Shown: positions 51,117-62,813 of the stretch, piece by piece
How positions within the stretch are numbered: the stretch's first letter is position 1
Layout: every line of letters starts with the position of its first letter
NCBI RefSeq assembly: GCF_009834535.1
Contig: NC_045697.1
Location: forward strand, 26,910,001-26,974,000
Source of the DNA: Camelus ferus
Taxonomy: Eukaryota
Length of the DNA stretch: 64,000 bases
Direction of reading: 5' to 3'
Notes under the pieces: generated by a model
Told to the model about the DNA's origin: nothing
The model's input: only the letters and a program-made list of their open reading frames with translations
The model's database searches: none
Position numbers and translations under genes: made by a program

Positions 51117-53184
51117 GTACGTTAACTTTCTCTCCAAACTGTGTCTCTCTCCACAACTTTAAACGGTTTATGCCATCCAGGGGTGGTTTCCTCCACAGAA
51201 AAGTCACAGTAGACAGAACATTATTTCTTTTTAACAACTAAATCCAAAGCTAAGAAATCTTCCAATTTTTGACCCATCTTTCTTTTTTGGCATCTCAGAT
51301 TTTCCTTCTGGGGTCATTTCCTCCTTCCTGAAGTATACCTTTTGAAGGTTCCATTAATGAAGGTCTACTAGCGATAAATTCTGTTTATCTGAAAATATTT
51401 TTCTCATTTTGCTATTATGTGTCTACGTACATATGCTGTGTGGTATATGTTGTGCTTCCTATATTTTCAAATTCATGTAGTCTATCAGTTCTGGGAAATT
51501 CTCAACCATCATCTCATCAAATAACATCTCTCCTCTATTCCTTCCCGTCTTTCCTTTTTGCTCTTTAATTAGATGTACATTAGACTGCCTCAGTCCTCCT
51601 CCATGTCTCTTAACTATCTTTTACATTATCAATTTCCTTATCTTTCTGTGCTGCTGTCCAGAAAATTACTTTAGACCTTTTTTCCAGTCCACCAATTTTC
51701 TTTTTCAGCTGTGTCCACTCTGTTCATGCATTGAGTTTTCAAGTTCAACAATTATATTTTTAATTTGTGAAAGGGTTTTTTTGGGGGGAGGTGATCTTTT
51801 AAAAATCTGCTTAGCCACTTTTATAGTCTCTCTCTTTTTTTAATTCAGTATTTTCCTTTAACATTTCATACATTGTTAATTTATATTCTTGTGTCTTATG
51901 TAGAATCTTGGAGTGTGGTTGAGTCATGCATGAGTATGATGAAAACATTATCATTGACTTTTCTCCATCTTTGTTCCCAGATGTATCAATTATGTGTCCT
52001 CAGAAACTGAATGGAGGAGGTAGAGAAAATGGGTGGGCTTATTCATTGCAGAGCCTTTTTACAGAGACAGAAAAGAAGGCATAGATATCCAATTCCTCTT
52101 CTAAACAGAATATCCCTGATACATTCAGCACCCAGGCAGCTCCGAGATGGGGAGAGCCCTGGGTTAGCAACAGCTCTTCATTCAAGAACCCTGTGTATTT
52201 GTCATTCTGATATTTAACATAAAGCATGTTCTCCATGCAAAATGAAATCATACCAGATTTCTCAATTTTTCTTCTTCCTCCTCACATATATTTTTCAAAG
52301 TAATTTTTTAAAAAAAATTTCAGACAATTTAGTTATTCTTTTCCACTAATAATCTTACATTAATTACTTGTTAATGATATGCAATATGATGACATTTTGG
52401 ATATGCTGGGTTAAAATAAAATGTTGTTAAAGTTAATTTCACCTACTTCTTTCTGCTAGAATATGGAGAAGAATATTGAGGTAAGCCCCAAACCATCCCC
52501 AGTTAAGTATGCCAGGAGTGAAGGCAGTAGCTGATAAATGTAGATGTCAAAAAACATGATACCTCAAGAAACCAGTTTCACACAGTGGTTTGAGGGCACT
52601 TGCACGTATACGTCTATTTAATTGGCTTTCGTTGTTCCTTCTTCATTTGATTCCCTGATCCTCTAGGGAAATTTAAGTTATTTTCTAAACCCCACATGAT
52701 ATTTCAGCATAAACTGTTGCCAAGTAAATGAATGTTTGAAGATCATCATCAGCAATACTCTATAAATGTTACTTTCTTGGTTGGCACTCCTCCTGTTTTA
52801 TTTCCTAGAAGATCATAAAAATAAATGAGGAAGAAACAACTTAAGACAATTAAATAGTAACATATGAGCACCTCCCCTTTAACTGTGTCTTCTCTAAAGA
52901 GGATATTGAAGGGATGATTTTGTATCAAAACTCAAGAGGGAAACACATGTTATATTAAGAAAGCCCCACAAATAAATCCTGTCTGGATTCACATTGTTGT
53001 GTCACTTGGGCGAGTTCACATCACTTTCAGGGGATTAAGGAGAGGAAATGAGATACTGTCTGTTAAGTGCCTGTCAGACTAAGGCACATAGTAGATCTTC
53101 AAATAACAACAGTTCTCTTGCTTTTAAGTATTGGGTTTCCTTTGATGATTTTAAGACTAATCTCTCACTTTTATGTTTCCATAG

Positions 53185-53329
53185 ATGCAGCCCTCTGGCA
53201 ATGCTGAGAATGAGAAGACCTGGCAAGAGATATCAGATGAGATCAAGAAGATATTTAAGGCTGCTGTAAAACTGTTGCATGAAAAGGGGAAAATGAAACA
53301 CAGCCAAGCCAAGAGATATCTGTTCTCAG
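53185..53329 (+). CDS. NWD2: NWD2 internal coding exon (human exon 5 equivalent), 145 bp: MQPSGNAENEKTWQEISDEIKKIFKAAVKLLHEKGKMKHSQAKRYLFS
   Basis: Pyrimidine tract ttttatgtttccatag|ATG and donor TCAG|gtaatt; its phase-1 end joins CC of the next exon to give GCC (Ala). Confidence 0.95.
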
Positions 53330-53611
53330 GTAATTTTTACACAACCTCAGTAAACTAAGGAATAGCTCAATAATAGAGGCATTCACTCCTTCCCTTTTAT
53401 GGTTCTGCAAATTTAATTGCATTTACTGCCTGGTGAAACTTAATTTTTCTAAAATGGTTCCATCTCCTGGAGAGACAAGTGTTCTTTGGTTTTAACTCAA
53501 AGGTAAGCCTTCACTTAACTTGACGACATCTCCAGAAAATGGGACTTTAAAAGAAGTCAGAGGAGGCTGGATATAATAGACCAGACTCTGCCACTGTTTC
53601 TCAGTTGAGCT

Positions 53612-53800
53612 GTTCATTCATTCATTCACTCAGTCGCTCACTCAGCAAACATTTATTGAGGGCACCCTGTGTGTCAGGCACTGAGGCTACAACAATGACC
53701 AAGAAAGCAAGGTCTCTACTCCCTTGGAACTAATTGTTTTTTTTAGTGGGAGGAAATAAATGATAGGCAAGTAATAAAATAAATGAACAATATGATTTCA
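53612..53800 (-). mobile_element. L2 3' end; a second, opposite-strand L2 end lies at about 53850-53995
   Basis: (ttca)n then cagcaaacatttattgagggcaccctgtgtgtcaggcactg...; second piece ccactagactgtcagct...gcctggcacatagtagatgctca. Confidence 0.78.
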
Positions 53801-54832
53801 TGGGTCTAAAAACAATCACAATACACTTATCTGTGGGACTCCATGATTCATGTCTTCCATCCTCCACTAGACTGTCAGCTTCCTAATGGCTTTTTCTCTC
53901 AGCATCCTCTGTTTTCTCTCCACTGTATCCTAAGCAACTAGCAGAGCGCCTGGCACATAGTAGATGCTCATCTAAGACCAACTGGATGAAGGAACGCAGG
54001 AGGGGAGGCAGCCAGTTTGAAAAGACTCCTTGCCTTAAAATTCATTTCCATTGATTTAATTGTTTTATTTTTATTTTTCTTCCCTAAAATCACAAGTAAG
54101 TGATGTTATTACTACTGATCCAATTTTAAATGTTCTTATGGGATCTCAGATGATTTAGAATGTATATTTACTTTTATGTGAGCATAGGTATTGTAAGACC
54201 CAATGTGGTTTCTTAGAAGAAATAAAGTTACACACTAAGTCATTTTTCAGAACCTACTCTGATGGGTATAATGGGATTTAACAGTGACATGGATAATGGA
54301 TAAATATAATCAGCACATGGCTATATTTTGAACACGCTTTTATTTACACATCTCTCTCTGGGGTGCAATGTATCTGAAACAAAATGGTGAACCCACATTG
54401 TAAAGAAGAGGCTGAACAAGGAAGAAGCAAACTAGATACATCATTTGGCCTCTTCCTCATTCTTTCCTGGCCCCGGTTTGTTCCTGCTCTTCACTCTTAG
54501 AACCCCTGAAGTCTGAGAGTGAAGCTAAGCAGGAACTTAAAAGAATCAACTATAAACTTGGTTTCCTTTCTTTCTTGTGCTTATGTTCAACCTCTCTCTT
54601 GGGTTGGGGAGGAAATTAAACAATTTTATTTAAACCCCTTGTCTGAGTTCCAGGCTGTTTAGGAAAAGACAAATAGGAAATTAAGGAATTAAGAGATTAT
54701 TTTATAGATGACTCTGCTATACACTATAAGCAAAATAAACTACCACTGGTGACTTGAGAGTTACGTCCCAGGAGTGGAGGTGCCTTGCTTCTTTGTTCTA
54801 GGCAATAAACTCCTTGTCATATTTTCTTCCAG

Positions 54833-55422
54833 CCATAGAAGACGAGTTTGACTTTGCTCTAGGAAAGCAAACTCCAGCATTTCTAAAGAAGTGTGTTTGC
54901 TACATTAGGAAAATTGCTAACATTGAGCGTTTCGTGAAAATCCCAGAGATGGGAAAATACATGGATATAACCGGAGCAGAACCAAGGATTATTCGGGACC
55001 CAGAAGCCCAAGAGAAGCTGGTAAAACTCAGGGATGAATTTATTCCTACCATCGTTGCATCATCAAATCTGAGAGTGTACACATCTGTTACTCATTGTGA
55101 CATGAAACTAGGCTACTCCCAAGAAATAGAAAATCATTACATAGAAGGACTCGGTAAACAATTTTATGAGGACATGATTGACATAATTCAGGCAACAGTG
55201 CAACAGAACTTTGACACGGAAACTGATACACTCTACGACGAAATCCTTCAGCATTCATCATTATGTAAAACATACGCCTCCTTCTATGAGTACAAATGTG
55301 AATCTCTAAACATAGTGCATAAATACATTCTTCCAAGCAAAACCGGGCACATCAACCCTCTTATTATATATGGTGGACCATGCACGGGGAAGACCCTTCT
55401 GCTCGCTGAAGTAGCAAAGAAG
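54833..55422 (+). CDS. NWD2: NWD2 internal coding exon (human exon 6 equivalent), 590 bp, ending just after the NACHT Walker A motif GGPCTGKT
   Basis: Acceptor ttttcttccag|CC and donor AAG|gtaaaa; lies within track ORF 54814..55686 (AIEDEFDFALGKQ...LLLAEVAKK); phases match both neighbouring exons. Confidence 0.96.
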
Positions 55423-57256
55423 GTAAAAGCCTATCCTTTTATGAGTGTTTCCGTAAAAACTTTTACTTTGGGGAAAAGATCAGTTGGTCAAATTCACTTC
55501 CATTTTCTGAGCTTACTATCTGAACTGGTCTTCTGGGAATGGATATTTCAGCATTTCTCTTTTGCTGGACTAACAGTTATGCTGAAAGAACAGGACTCAC
55601 GGGGTGCCATTCTAGAACAGCTTTATTTTGTCTCTCGCTGTTCACACTCGTGTCGTGGGGCTAGTTCTCATTTGGATGGAAACTAGGGCAGATCTCACAA
55701 CTCTTCTCTTCCCTCTGAGCAAAGACAATCACTCTGGACACTAAATCCATCTCAGTTCAGCAATGAGTACGTCCCGTCTAAGATGATAATGAAAACTTCA
55801 ATCTACATCTCCCCTCTGCCAGCTGAAGTCTACCGCATGCAAGGCACCTCCAGTGGGAAATACGGACATGGCCATCGTCTCCTTTCTTTCACCACACAGC
55901 CCTTCTTCCCCCCGTTCCTAACCCTGACCACACTTCTGACTCCTATAGGGTTGTGGTTTAGGGGATGTAGGAAAGGTAGGGTGGCAGGACACTCCTAAAT
56001 GACCAGTACTGTTCTGACCTGGGCTCCGTACTCTCATCTTGGCAGGTGTTTAAAACTTCCTCCCATTTCTTCTGAGCCCTTTTCATAGTTTCCCAAAGGT
56101 CCTTTCCCTCCCACATCCCCACTCCCTGCCTCTCTGGTCCTCACTGAACATCTCTCACCTGTGGTTCCCTAGATACAGGCAACTGCACTGTTCTTCCAGC
56201 CGGTCACCTCTGTGGCTCCTATACATCCAGAAACACATTTCTAGTATCTCTCTGCCAAGAGCCTCTCCACAACCTAGCAAACTCCCTTAGACAGGACCTG
56301 GGAAAAACAAAACCAACAGAAATCATTGTCAGCTCATGTTAGCCATTGGCCCACATCCGATACCTGGGAAACACTCAGCATTTTTTGACTCTGAGAAACT
56401 TCAGTTCCATACAGCAGCTCTCTCATCACTCCTCCATAGGAGCAGCTAGCCAGCCTCAGTCACTCAACCTCCATATTTCTCAGATGTTACCAGACACATA
56501 TGGCCATGTCTCCCAAGCCCTAGGGGACATCCCGTAAGTGGTGTATTGCAGCCCCTTCCCTAGGCTGGAAGTGAGGGGTGCGCATCTCTCAGCCCTTCCC
56601 TTTGGGAGTGTGGTGGTGATAGATACGACCCACGGCATTCTCATCTCCCACTTTTTTCTTGGCCTCTTGAATCTCCTTTTCAGACTGGAGGTGGGTAGTC
56701 AGCCAAAGGCAGCAAAACTGGTTTTCACAACTCCCTTTCAAGGTGTGCATGATGGCCCAGAGCTCCAACCTGGAGTGTGCTATCTATTGTCTTCGGACCT
56801 CAGTCTAACCTGGATGAAACTAGTCCCTGTTTTAACCTCCTGGTACACTTGATGTCCAAATCTGATAGTTTATATTATCCTGACGTTACCTTGGAATCTC
56901 TATATTGTTCTTCCTGTGGTTACTCTCTTAAGAACGGAGCTTTCTTTAACTCTGTGAACATTCTCATGATCCATCACATGCTGCACTGTCTCGGGTAGGT
57001 TATCTTGAGGACAAGAGCAGGGACAGTTGTGTTGCACCTTTTGTGGTGATTAGGTTCCAAAGCAAGGTCACAGGTGACAACCAGATATATCAAACTTACT
57101 CTTAAAAAGTCCTCAGGAAGGTCCATTTACCATTTCTTAATCTGCCAAGCCCAGGTGCTGGTTTCTTCTTGTGTTAGGACACGCAGCTCTCGCTTTAACT
57201 GAACACCTGATGAAATGGCAGGCTTACATCTAGGAGCCACACTGCATCAAATAAAT

Positions 57257-57297
57257 GTATGTGTGTGCGTGTGCGTGTGCGTGTACGTGTGTGTGTC
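57257..57297. repeat. Alternating purine-pyrimidine (TG/TGCG) microsatellite
   Basis: gtatgtgtgtgcgtgtgcgtgtgcgtgtacgtgtgtgtgt read directly. Confidence 0.85.
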
Positions 57298-58880
57298 TGT
57301 CTGTCTTTGAACACTGCTTTGTATGTGTATCCTCAAACTTTACAATTTTTCCAAGTTAACAAGATAGTAACGTTACAAGCAGCCCATGGGAACTGAAATC
57401 AAATGAGAAGACATCCATGTGTTGATTTCACACTCACTCTGAGGCCTCTTCCTTGTGGAGGAGGTAGAAGGACAGTGTGCATGTGATGCAGCCCCACGTG
57501 TCTAGCACGGGAGGCAGTCACGTGACGTGTGCTGATCTGCCTGTACACAGAAGCGATCCCTGTGGGCAGAACGTGGTGACAGTTAATCAACTTGAAAAAT
57601 GGCTTTCTGAGTTCTTGCTGTTCTGGATATGAGCCATGCCTATTTCTAGGTCCCTTGTCTCTGCTCTGCTTGCCTCTCTCCTGGGGAACTTCTACCCCCT
57701 GCCCCCATCTCCTCCTACTTGCCGCCACTTCCACCAACAACACCCTGTCCTCTTGTGACCTCATGTCCTGTGTGAGGATGGAGACAGGCATCTCGTGTTC
57801 ATCTCTAGGTTATCTCCCATGCAGCCGACATTTCCTTGGACATGAGCTAATGATGGCAGGGCCATTCTTTATAGACATCACACATCCCACCACACGTGAT
57901 TGGGAGGAGGGAGGACAATGCAAATAATCATCATAAGCCATCCAAGTAGGGACAAATTGTGTTCTCTTTCTGATTTGCCAGCAAAAGATGCTGTAAAGTG
58001 GCAGGGTATTACCGTCCTCCAAGTCAGCAGCAAAAGCTGGGGCTGATCACCAACCACGAGTTGCTTATTTTCCTTAACAGCTCGTTCTGAAACTGACATC
58101 CCTGAATCTTTTCTGAACATATTCTAACTTCAACCTGAACTATTTCTGAAGGAACCAAGTTTCATAAACTAACTTTCTAATGTATTAAATAACATGTGCT
58201 TTCCTAAGGAGCATCCTTGGTGAATTCCAAGCGTTACTGAAAGATGTTGTCTCCCTAAAAATACGTTTTGGAGTGTTTTATACTTTGATCATATCCCTTT
58301 TTGTCCTTGCAATTCCAGACAGAAAGATACTAAACTTATCAGCCCCCTCTTCGTATATTTTCTCTCTTTAACTCTACAATTAAAAGGGAGAAAGAGAGGG
58401 AGAGAGAATGGGAAAGAGAGGGCCTTATGTGATCTCAATTAAGGGACATATTTGATTGATATACTGTGTAGATCATTACTTAATCTTTTCATTAAATAAA
58501 TACTTACTAAGCACCTACCATGTGCCAACAACTGTGCCAGGAAATGAAAATTCAGTAATGAAAAACTAACCATATTAGATATTCAGATTTACAGTTTGTG
58601 AAATGCTTTGTGACTTTTAGAACACCAGCTAAATGCTGCCTTATGACTGACTAGTACTGTCATCACCGCTCTATTGCCTTCAGTAGAGTGGCCCTGAGGG
58701 TCTCACCTATGAGCTTTGCAACAGCTCTTCGACCATCTCAGGTTTTCCCATTTCCCGGTTCTAGGCTACTTTCTGCACGGTCAGGGTTACCAGAAGTCCG
58801 ATCTGTGCCGACAGGAGGCGTTGCTGCATGTGACCGTGTGACTCTCTGTCACCATTCTAAACTTGGCCTTTATTTTTTAG

Positions 58881-61800
58881 GCTTATGGCTGGCTACATGA
58901 AGACACAGGACCAGAATCGGACCCAGTCGTAGTCGTGCGATTTCTAGGAACCACAGACATGAGTACTGATCTCAGGACTCTTCTTGTAAGTGTTTGTGAA
59001 CAGTTGGCAGTTAACTACCGGTGCCTGGTTCAGAGCTACCCTAAGAAGATCCATGACCTCCGTGACTTATTTATCAACCTTCTGAATGAGTCTTCGCTGC
59101 AGAGGCCTCTCGTGGTGATATTTGATGCCCTGGAGCAACTCTCGGACAGCGACGAGGCCAGGAAGCTCTGGTGGCTCCCAGCTCACCTTCCCCGCTTTGT
59201 CCGGATCGTCCTCTCCACGCTGCCCAACAAACACGGGATCCTGCAGAAGCTACGGTGCCTTATCCACGCAGAAGACAACTACATCGAGCTGGTTCCACGG
59301 GACAGGAAGATGTGCAGCCAGGTGCTCAAACACCAGCTGCTGCGGGTCAAGAGGAAGGTCACGTCGGGCCAGCAGATTTATGTGAACAACGCCTTCTCCA
59401 AGTGCACGCTGCCCATGTTTGTGAACCTGACCTTCAGGGAGGTGAGACATTGGCGATCTCACAGAGACGTCGATGAGTCCTCGCTCTGTGTCACCGTCCA
59501 TGAAAGCATAGAGCAGCTCTTTTGGTCCTTGGAAAAGAAATGTGGGCAGAAACTAGTCTGCCGGGCTCTTGGTTACATCACCATGGCCAAAATGGGTTTG
59601 AGTGAAATGGAGCTGGAGGATGTGCTGGCCCTCGACAACACGGTCATGAACGAGCTCAGTGAGTGTGCCAGGCCCAACAATCCTCTGAGAGTACCCTATC
59701 TGTACATCGCCAGGCTCAAGGAGGGGCTCAGTGGGTACTTAATTGAGAGACACGTGAAGAATGTCACCCTCCTGGTCTGGGCCAACAGACACCTGCAGCT
59801 CATAGCCCAGAAGCGGTATCTGCAGGACGGCGGTGACCTGCGTGAAATGCACACCATCCTGGCAGACTACTTTCTGGGCGTCTGGTCAGGGGGCAGGAGA
59901 AAAGCTTTCTGCCTTGAAGACCCCTACTTGAATGGCTGCCTTGACTTGGAGAGCAGAAGCCTGCTGGAGGAGGAGAAGCACTTCATGGAGCAGGCTTCCT
60001 TCGACAGGCAAGCCCCTGACCAGCCCTGGGTTTTCCAGTGTAACCCGTTGGAGCCCGACATCTTTTTCGTCAACCATCGGAAAATGTGTGAGCTCCTGTA
60101 CCACCTGACGAGGTGCGGGAAGACCGACGACTTGCTCTATGGCATCATCATGAACTTCAGCTGGCTCTACACCATGACCAAGATCGGCCAGTTTGACAAA
60201 GTGCTCTCTGACATCGAGCTGGCTTACAACTACTCACAGGAGAAGGAGCTGAAGTTTCTGGCAAGCACCCTCCGCAGCATCAAAACCAAGGTCGTTGCGT
60301 TCCCCGGCTCCCTTTCCGCCGAGCTTCAGCAAAGACTGCTGCCTGTCGTAAGTTCCCTGCCTAAACTCAGACACCTTCTTTTAGAATGTGACAAAGACGG
60401 CCCCAAATATTGCTCCATTGTGCCATTACATTCATCCATGGACGTGACCTACAGCCCAGAGCGTCTTCCCTTGTCATCTAGTCACCTGCATGTCACCGAG
60501 ATTCTGCCCACCTCTAACCCCAGTACAGTCCTCACGGCTTTAGAAAATGGTTCCATCAGCACGTGGGACGTGGAAACACGTCAACTACTCAGGCAAATCA
60601 CGACAGCCCAGTCTGTCATCCTGGGCATGAAACTCACCAGTGACGAAAAGTATCTTGTTGTGGCTACAACAAATAACACCTTGTTGGTTTATGATAATGT
60701 AAATTCTTGCCTCCTGTCTGAAGTGGAAATCAAAGGGACCAAACATGGAAGCGGCTCCACCTACATCAATGGATTTACACTGTCCGTTAAACACGCCCTT
60801 GCCTGGCTTGAAGCCAGCAAAGACGTCACTGTCATCGACCTGCTCTACGGATGGCCCCTTTACCAGTTCCACTGCTGGTATGAAGTGACCTGTGTCCAGT
60901 GCTCGCTGGACGGCGCCTATGCCTTCTGTGGACAGTACCTGAACACCACCACCATATTTCATTTAGGGAGTGGAGAAAAGTTATGTACGGTGACATCTGA
61001 ATTTTCGGGTGGGTTTGTGAAGTTCCTTCTTATCTTGGACACGGCTCAAGAAATGGTAATGGTAGACAGTGAGGGAAGCCTCTCTGTTTGGAACACTGAG
61101 GACATCTCCAACCCCCAGCTGACTGATGACTTTGACTGCCGAAGAGAAGATAGTGAGGTGGTCAGCATTGAACTTTCAGAGGACCAGAGTGCAGTTCTGA
61201 TCTGTAAAGCCCTCAGCATTGAGCTCTTAGATACTGGCATGTGGAAAGTGGCTGAAAAGTTCAGAGCTAAACACAACGAACGCTTTATATCAGCCGTGCT
61301 GTCCAAGAACGGGGACTGCATCATCGCGACCATGGAAAATACCTCAGCCGTGTTTTTTTGGAGGCGGGACACGGGACAATGTATGGCGAGCTTACAGGAG
61401 ATCTCAGGAACCATAGTCAAGCTGGTGAAATCAAGTCACCACAACATGCTGCTCTCTTTGTCAACCAGTGGGGTTCTTTCTATCTGGGACATAGATATCA
61501 TCACAGCCATGTCAAACATAGATAAGACTGGAAAACCCATCCAAAGTCTGGTGTTGCCTGCTAGGGGGGAAATCATTTACTCCCTGGATGGCTCTGATTG
61601 TGTTCATAAATGGAACTTCAGCAGTGGGTTCCTTGAAGCAGTATTTAAGCACGAAGGGATAGTTGAACACTGTGTGTTGACGTCCTCAGGAGACGTAATG
61701 GTGACAGCGGATGACAAGAGCAGCCAGTACGTCTGGCACACCAGCAGCGGGGAAAACCTCTTCCGCATTAACGGGCAGAGGATATCTCAGCTGCTAATTA

Positions 61801-62813
61801 CACACAATGACCAGTTCGTGGTCTCTCTCTGTGAGGAAAACGCCTCCAGGGTTTGGAGACTGGCCACAGGCCACAGGGTGTGCAACATTCTGACCACTCT
61901 GCAGAACGCCTTTATAACCTCTGCAAACACCTTCGTGGTGGGGATGACCAAAAGCAAGGTGCTGGCAGTCAGCCTTTGGACAGGAAGCATCACCAAGAAA
62001 TTTTGCTGTGAAGACGGCACCACCATTGTGAATTTTAAATTGATCCCCGACTGTCCAGACATCATCGTGTTTATCACATCGGCCGAGACGGTGAATATCT
62101 GGAGTCTGACAGAAGAAGTGATCTGTCGCCGTGTGCAACTGCCAAACAACTTCCTGAAAAATCTAGAGGATTTTGAAATCTCCCCGAATGGAAAGCTAGG
62201 CATTATTTCCAGGGGAGACGAAAATATCAACGTGCTAGACTTACACAGCGGTAAATTACGGGTGGTTCATGCCTCTGGGGTCATCTGGAGGCAGAGGCTG
62301 TCTCGAGACGGTCGCTACCTGGTATACATTTGTTTCCGAAACGGGGAGGAAGAGGATGAAAACGGTGCGCTATCCAGTTTGATTGTCATGAGACTGGCCG
62401 ACGGCAAAAATATCGGTGCTTGTTCCCTTTACAAAACACCAACTTTTCTCGCCCTCTCCCAGAGGCACCTGAACATCATTGTAGGTTTTGACGACGGGAG
62501 CGTAGGGATATACACCGTGGTGGACCGCGTGGATGCTGCGCTGAAAATTAAAATCGCCACGTCAAACAGCAGACAGATCTTCAACAGCACGACGCAGGCA
62601 TCCAGGCCAAAGTGCCATCGTTACTGTTTCAAAGTGTCTGTGGATTGCCTGTGGAGAGAGTCTACTGAGGTCTTTGCAAGAGACAGTCCCATCACAGTGA
62701 GTGACTCCACGGAGCCCAACGAGGCCACGCCTTCCAGGAAACACAACTCTTGCTACGACCGGGTGTGCTCCGCCCTGGAATCTAGGGGCCACAGCTATGC
62801 CCCTGACAACTGA
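58881..62813 (+). CDS. NWD2: NWD2 terminal coding exon (human exon 7 equivalent), 3933 bp including stop: rest of NACHT (Walker B LVVIFDALEQL), helical region and C-terminal WD40 repeats
   Basis: Acceptor tttattttttag|GCT TAT GGC TGG (AYGWLHEDTGPESDPVVVVRFLGTT...), in frame with the 1292-aa track ORF 58935..62813; WD-like repeats (ISTWDVET, LSVWNTED, LSIWDIDI); ends ...HSYAPDN TGA. Confidence 0.97.
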   Translation, partial: AYGWLHEDTGPESDPVVVVRFLGTTDMSTDLRTLLVSVCEQLAVNYRCLVQSYPKKIHDLRDLFINLLNESSLQRPLVVIFDALEQLSDSDEARKLWWLPAHLPRFVRIVLSTLPNKHGILQKLRCLIHAEDNYIELVPRDRKMCSQVLKHQLLRVKRKVTSGQQIYVNNAFSKCTLPMFVNLTFREVRHWRSHRDVDESSLCVTVHESIEQLFWSLEKKCGQKLVCRALGYITMAKMGLSEMELEDVLALDNTVMNELSECARPNNPLRVPYLYIARLKEGLSGYLIERHVKNVTLLVWANRHLQLIAQKRYLQDGGDLREMHTILADYFLGVWSGGRRKAFCLEDPYLNGCLDLESRSLLEEEKHFMEQASFDRQAPDQPWVFQCNPLEPDIFFVNHRKMCELLYHLTRCGKTDDLLYGIIMNFSWLYTMTKIGQFDKVLSDIELAYNYSQEKELKFLASTLRSIKTKVVAFPGSLSAELQQRLLPVVSSLPKLRHLLLECDKDGPKYCSIVPLHSSMDVTYSPERLPLSSSHLHVTEILPTSNPSTVLTALENGSISTWDVETRQLLRQITTAQSVILGMKLTSDEKYLVVATTNNTLLVYDNVNSCLLSEVEIKGTKHGSGSTYINGFTLSVKHALAWLEASKDVTVIDLLYGWPLYQFHCWYEVTCVQCSLDGAYAFCGQYLNTTTIFHLGSGEKLCTVTSEFSGGFVKFLLILDTAQEMVMVDSEGSLSVWNTEDISNPQLTDDFDCRREDSEVVSIELSEDQSAVLICKALSIELLDTGMWKVAEKFRAKHNERFISAVLSKNGDCIIATMENTSAVFFWRRDTGQCMASLQEISGTIVKLVKSSHHNMLLSLSTSGVLSIWDIDIITAMSNIDKTGKPIQSLVLPARGEIIYSLDGSDCVHKWNFSSGFLEAVFKHEGIVEHCVLTSSGDVMVTADDKSSQYVWHTSSGENLFRINGQRISQLLITHNDQFVVSLCEENASRVWRLATGHRVCNILTTLQNAFITSANTFVVGMTKSKVLAVSLWTGSITKKFCCEDGTTIVNFKLIPDCPDIIVFITSAETVNIWSLTEEVICRRVQLPNNFLKNLEDFEISPNGKLGIISRGDENINVLDLHSGKLRVVHASGVIWRQRLSRDGRYLVYICFRNGEEEDENGALSSLIVMRLADGKNIGACSLYKTPTFLALSQRHLNIIVGFDDGSVGIYTVVDRVDAALKIKIATSNSRQIFNSTTQASRPKCHRYCFKVSVDCLWRESTEVFARDSPITVSDSTEPNEATPSRKHNSCYDRVCSALESRGHSYAPDN

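Noticed and set aside
58935..62813. Track ORF read as a stand-alone 1292-aa gene starting at GTG
   Set aside because: The frame extends up to a canonical acceptor at 58880/58881 and joins the upstream exons; it is the last exon of NWD2.
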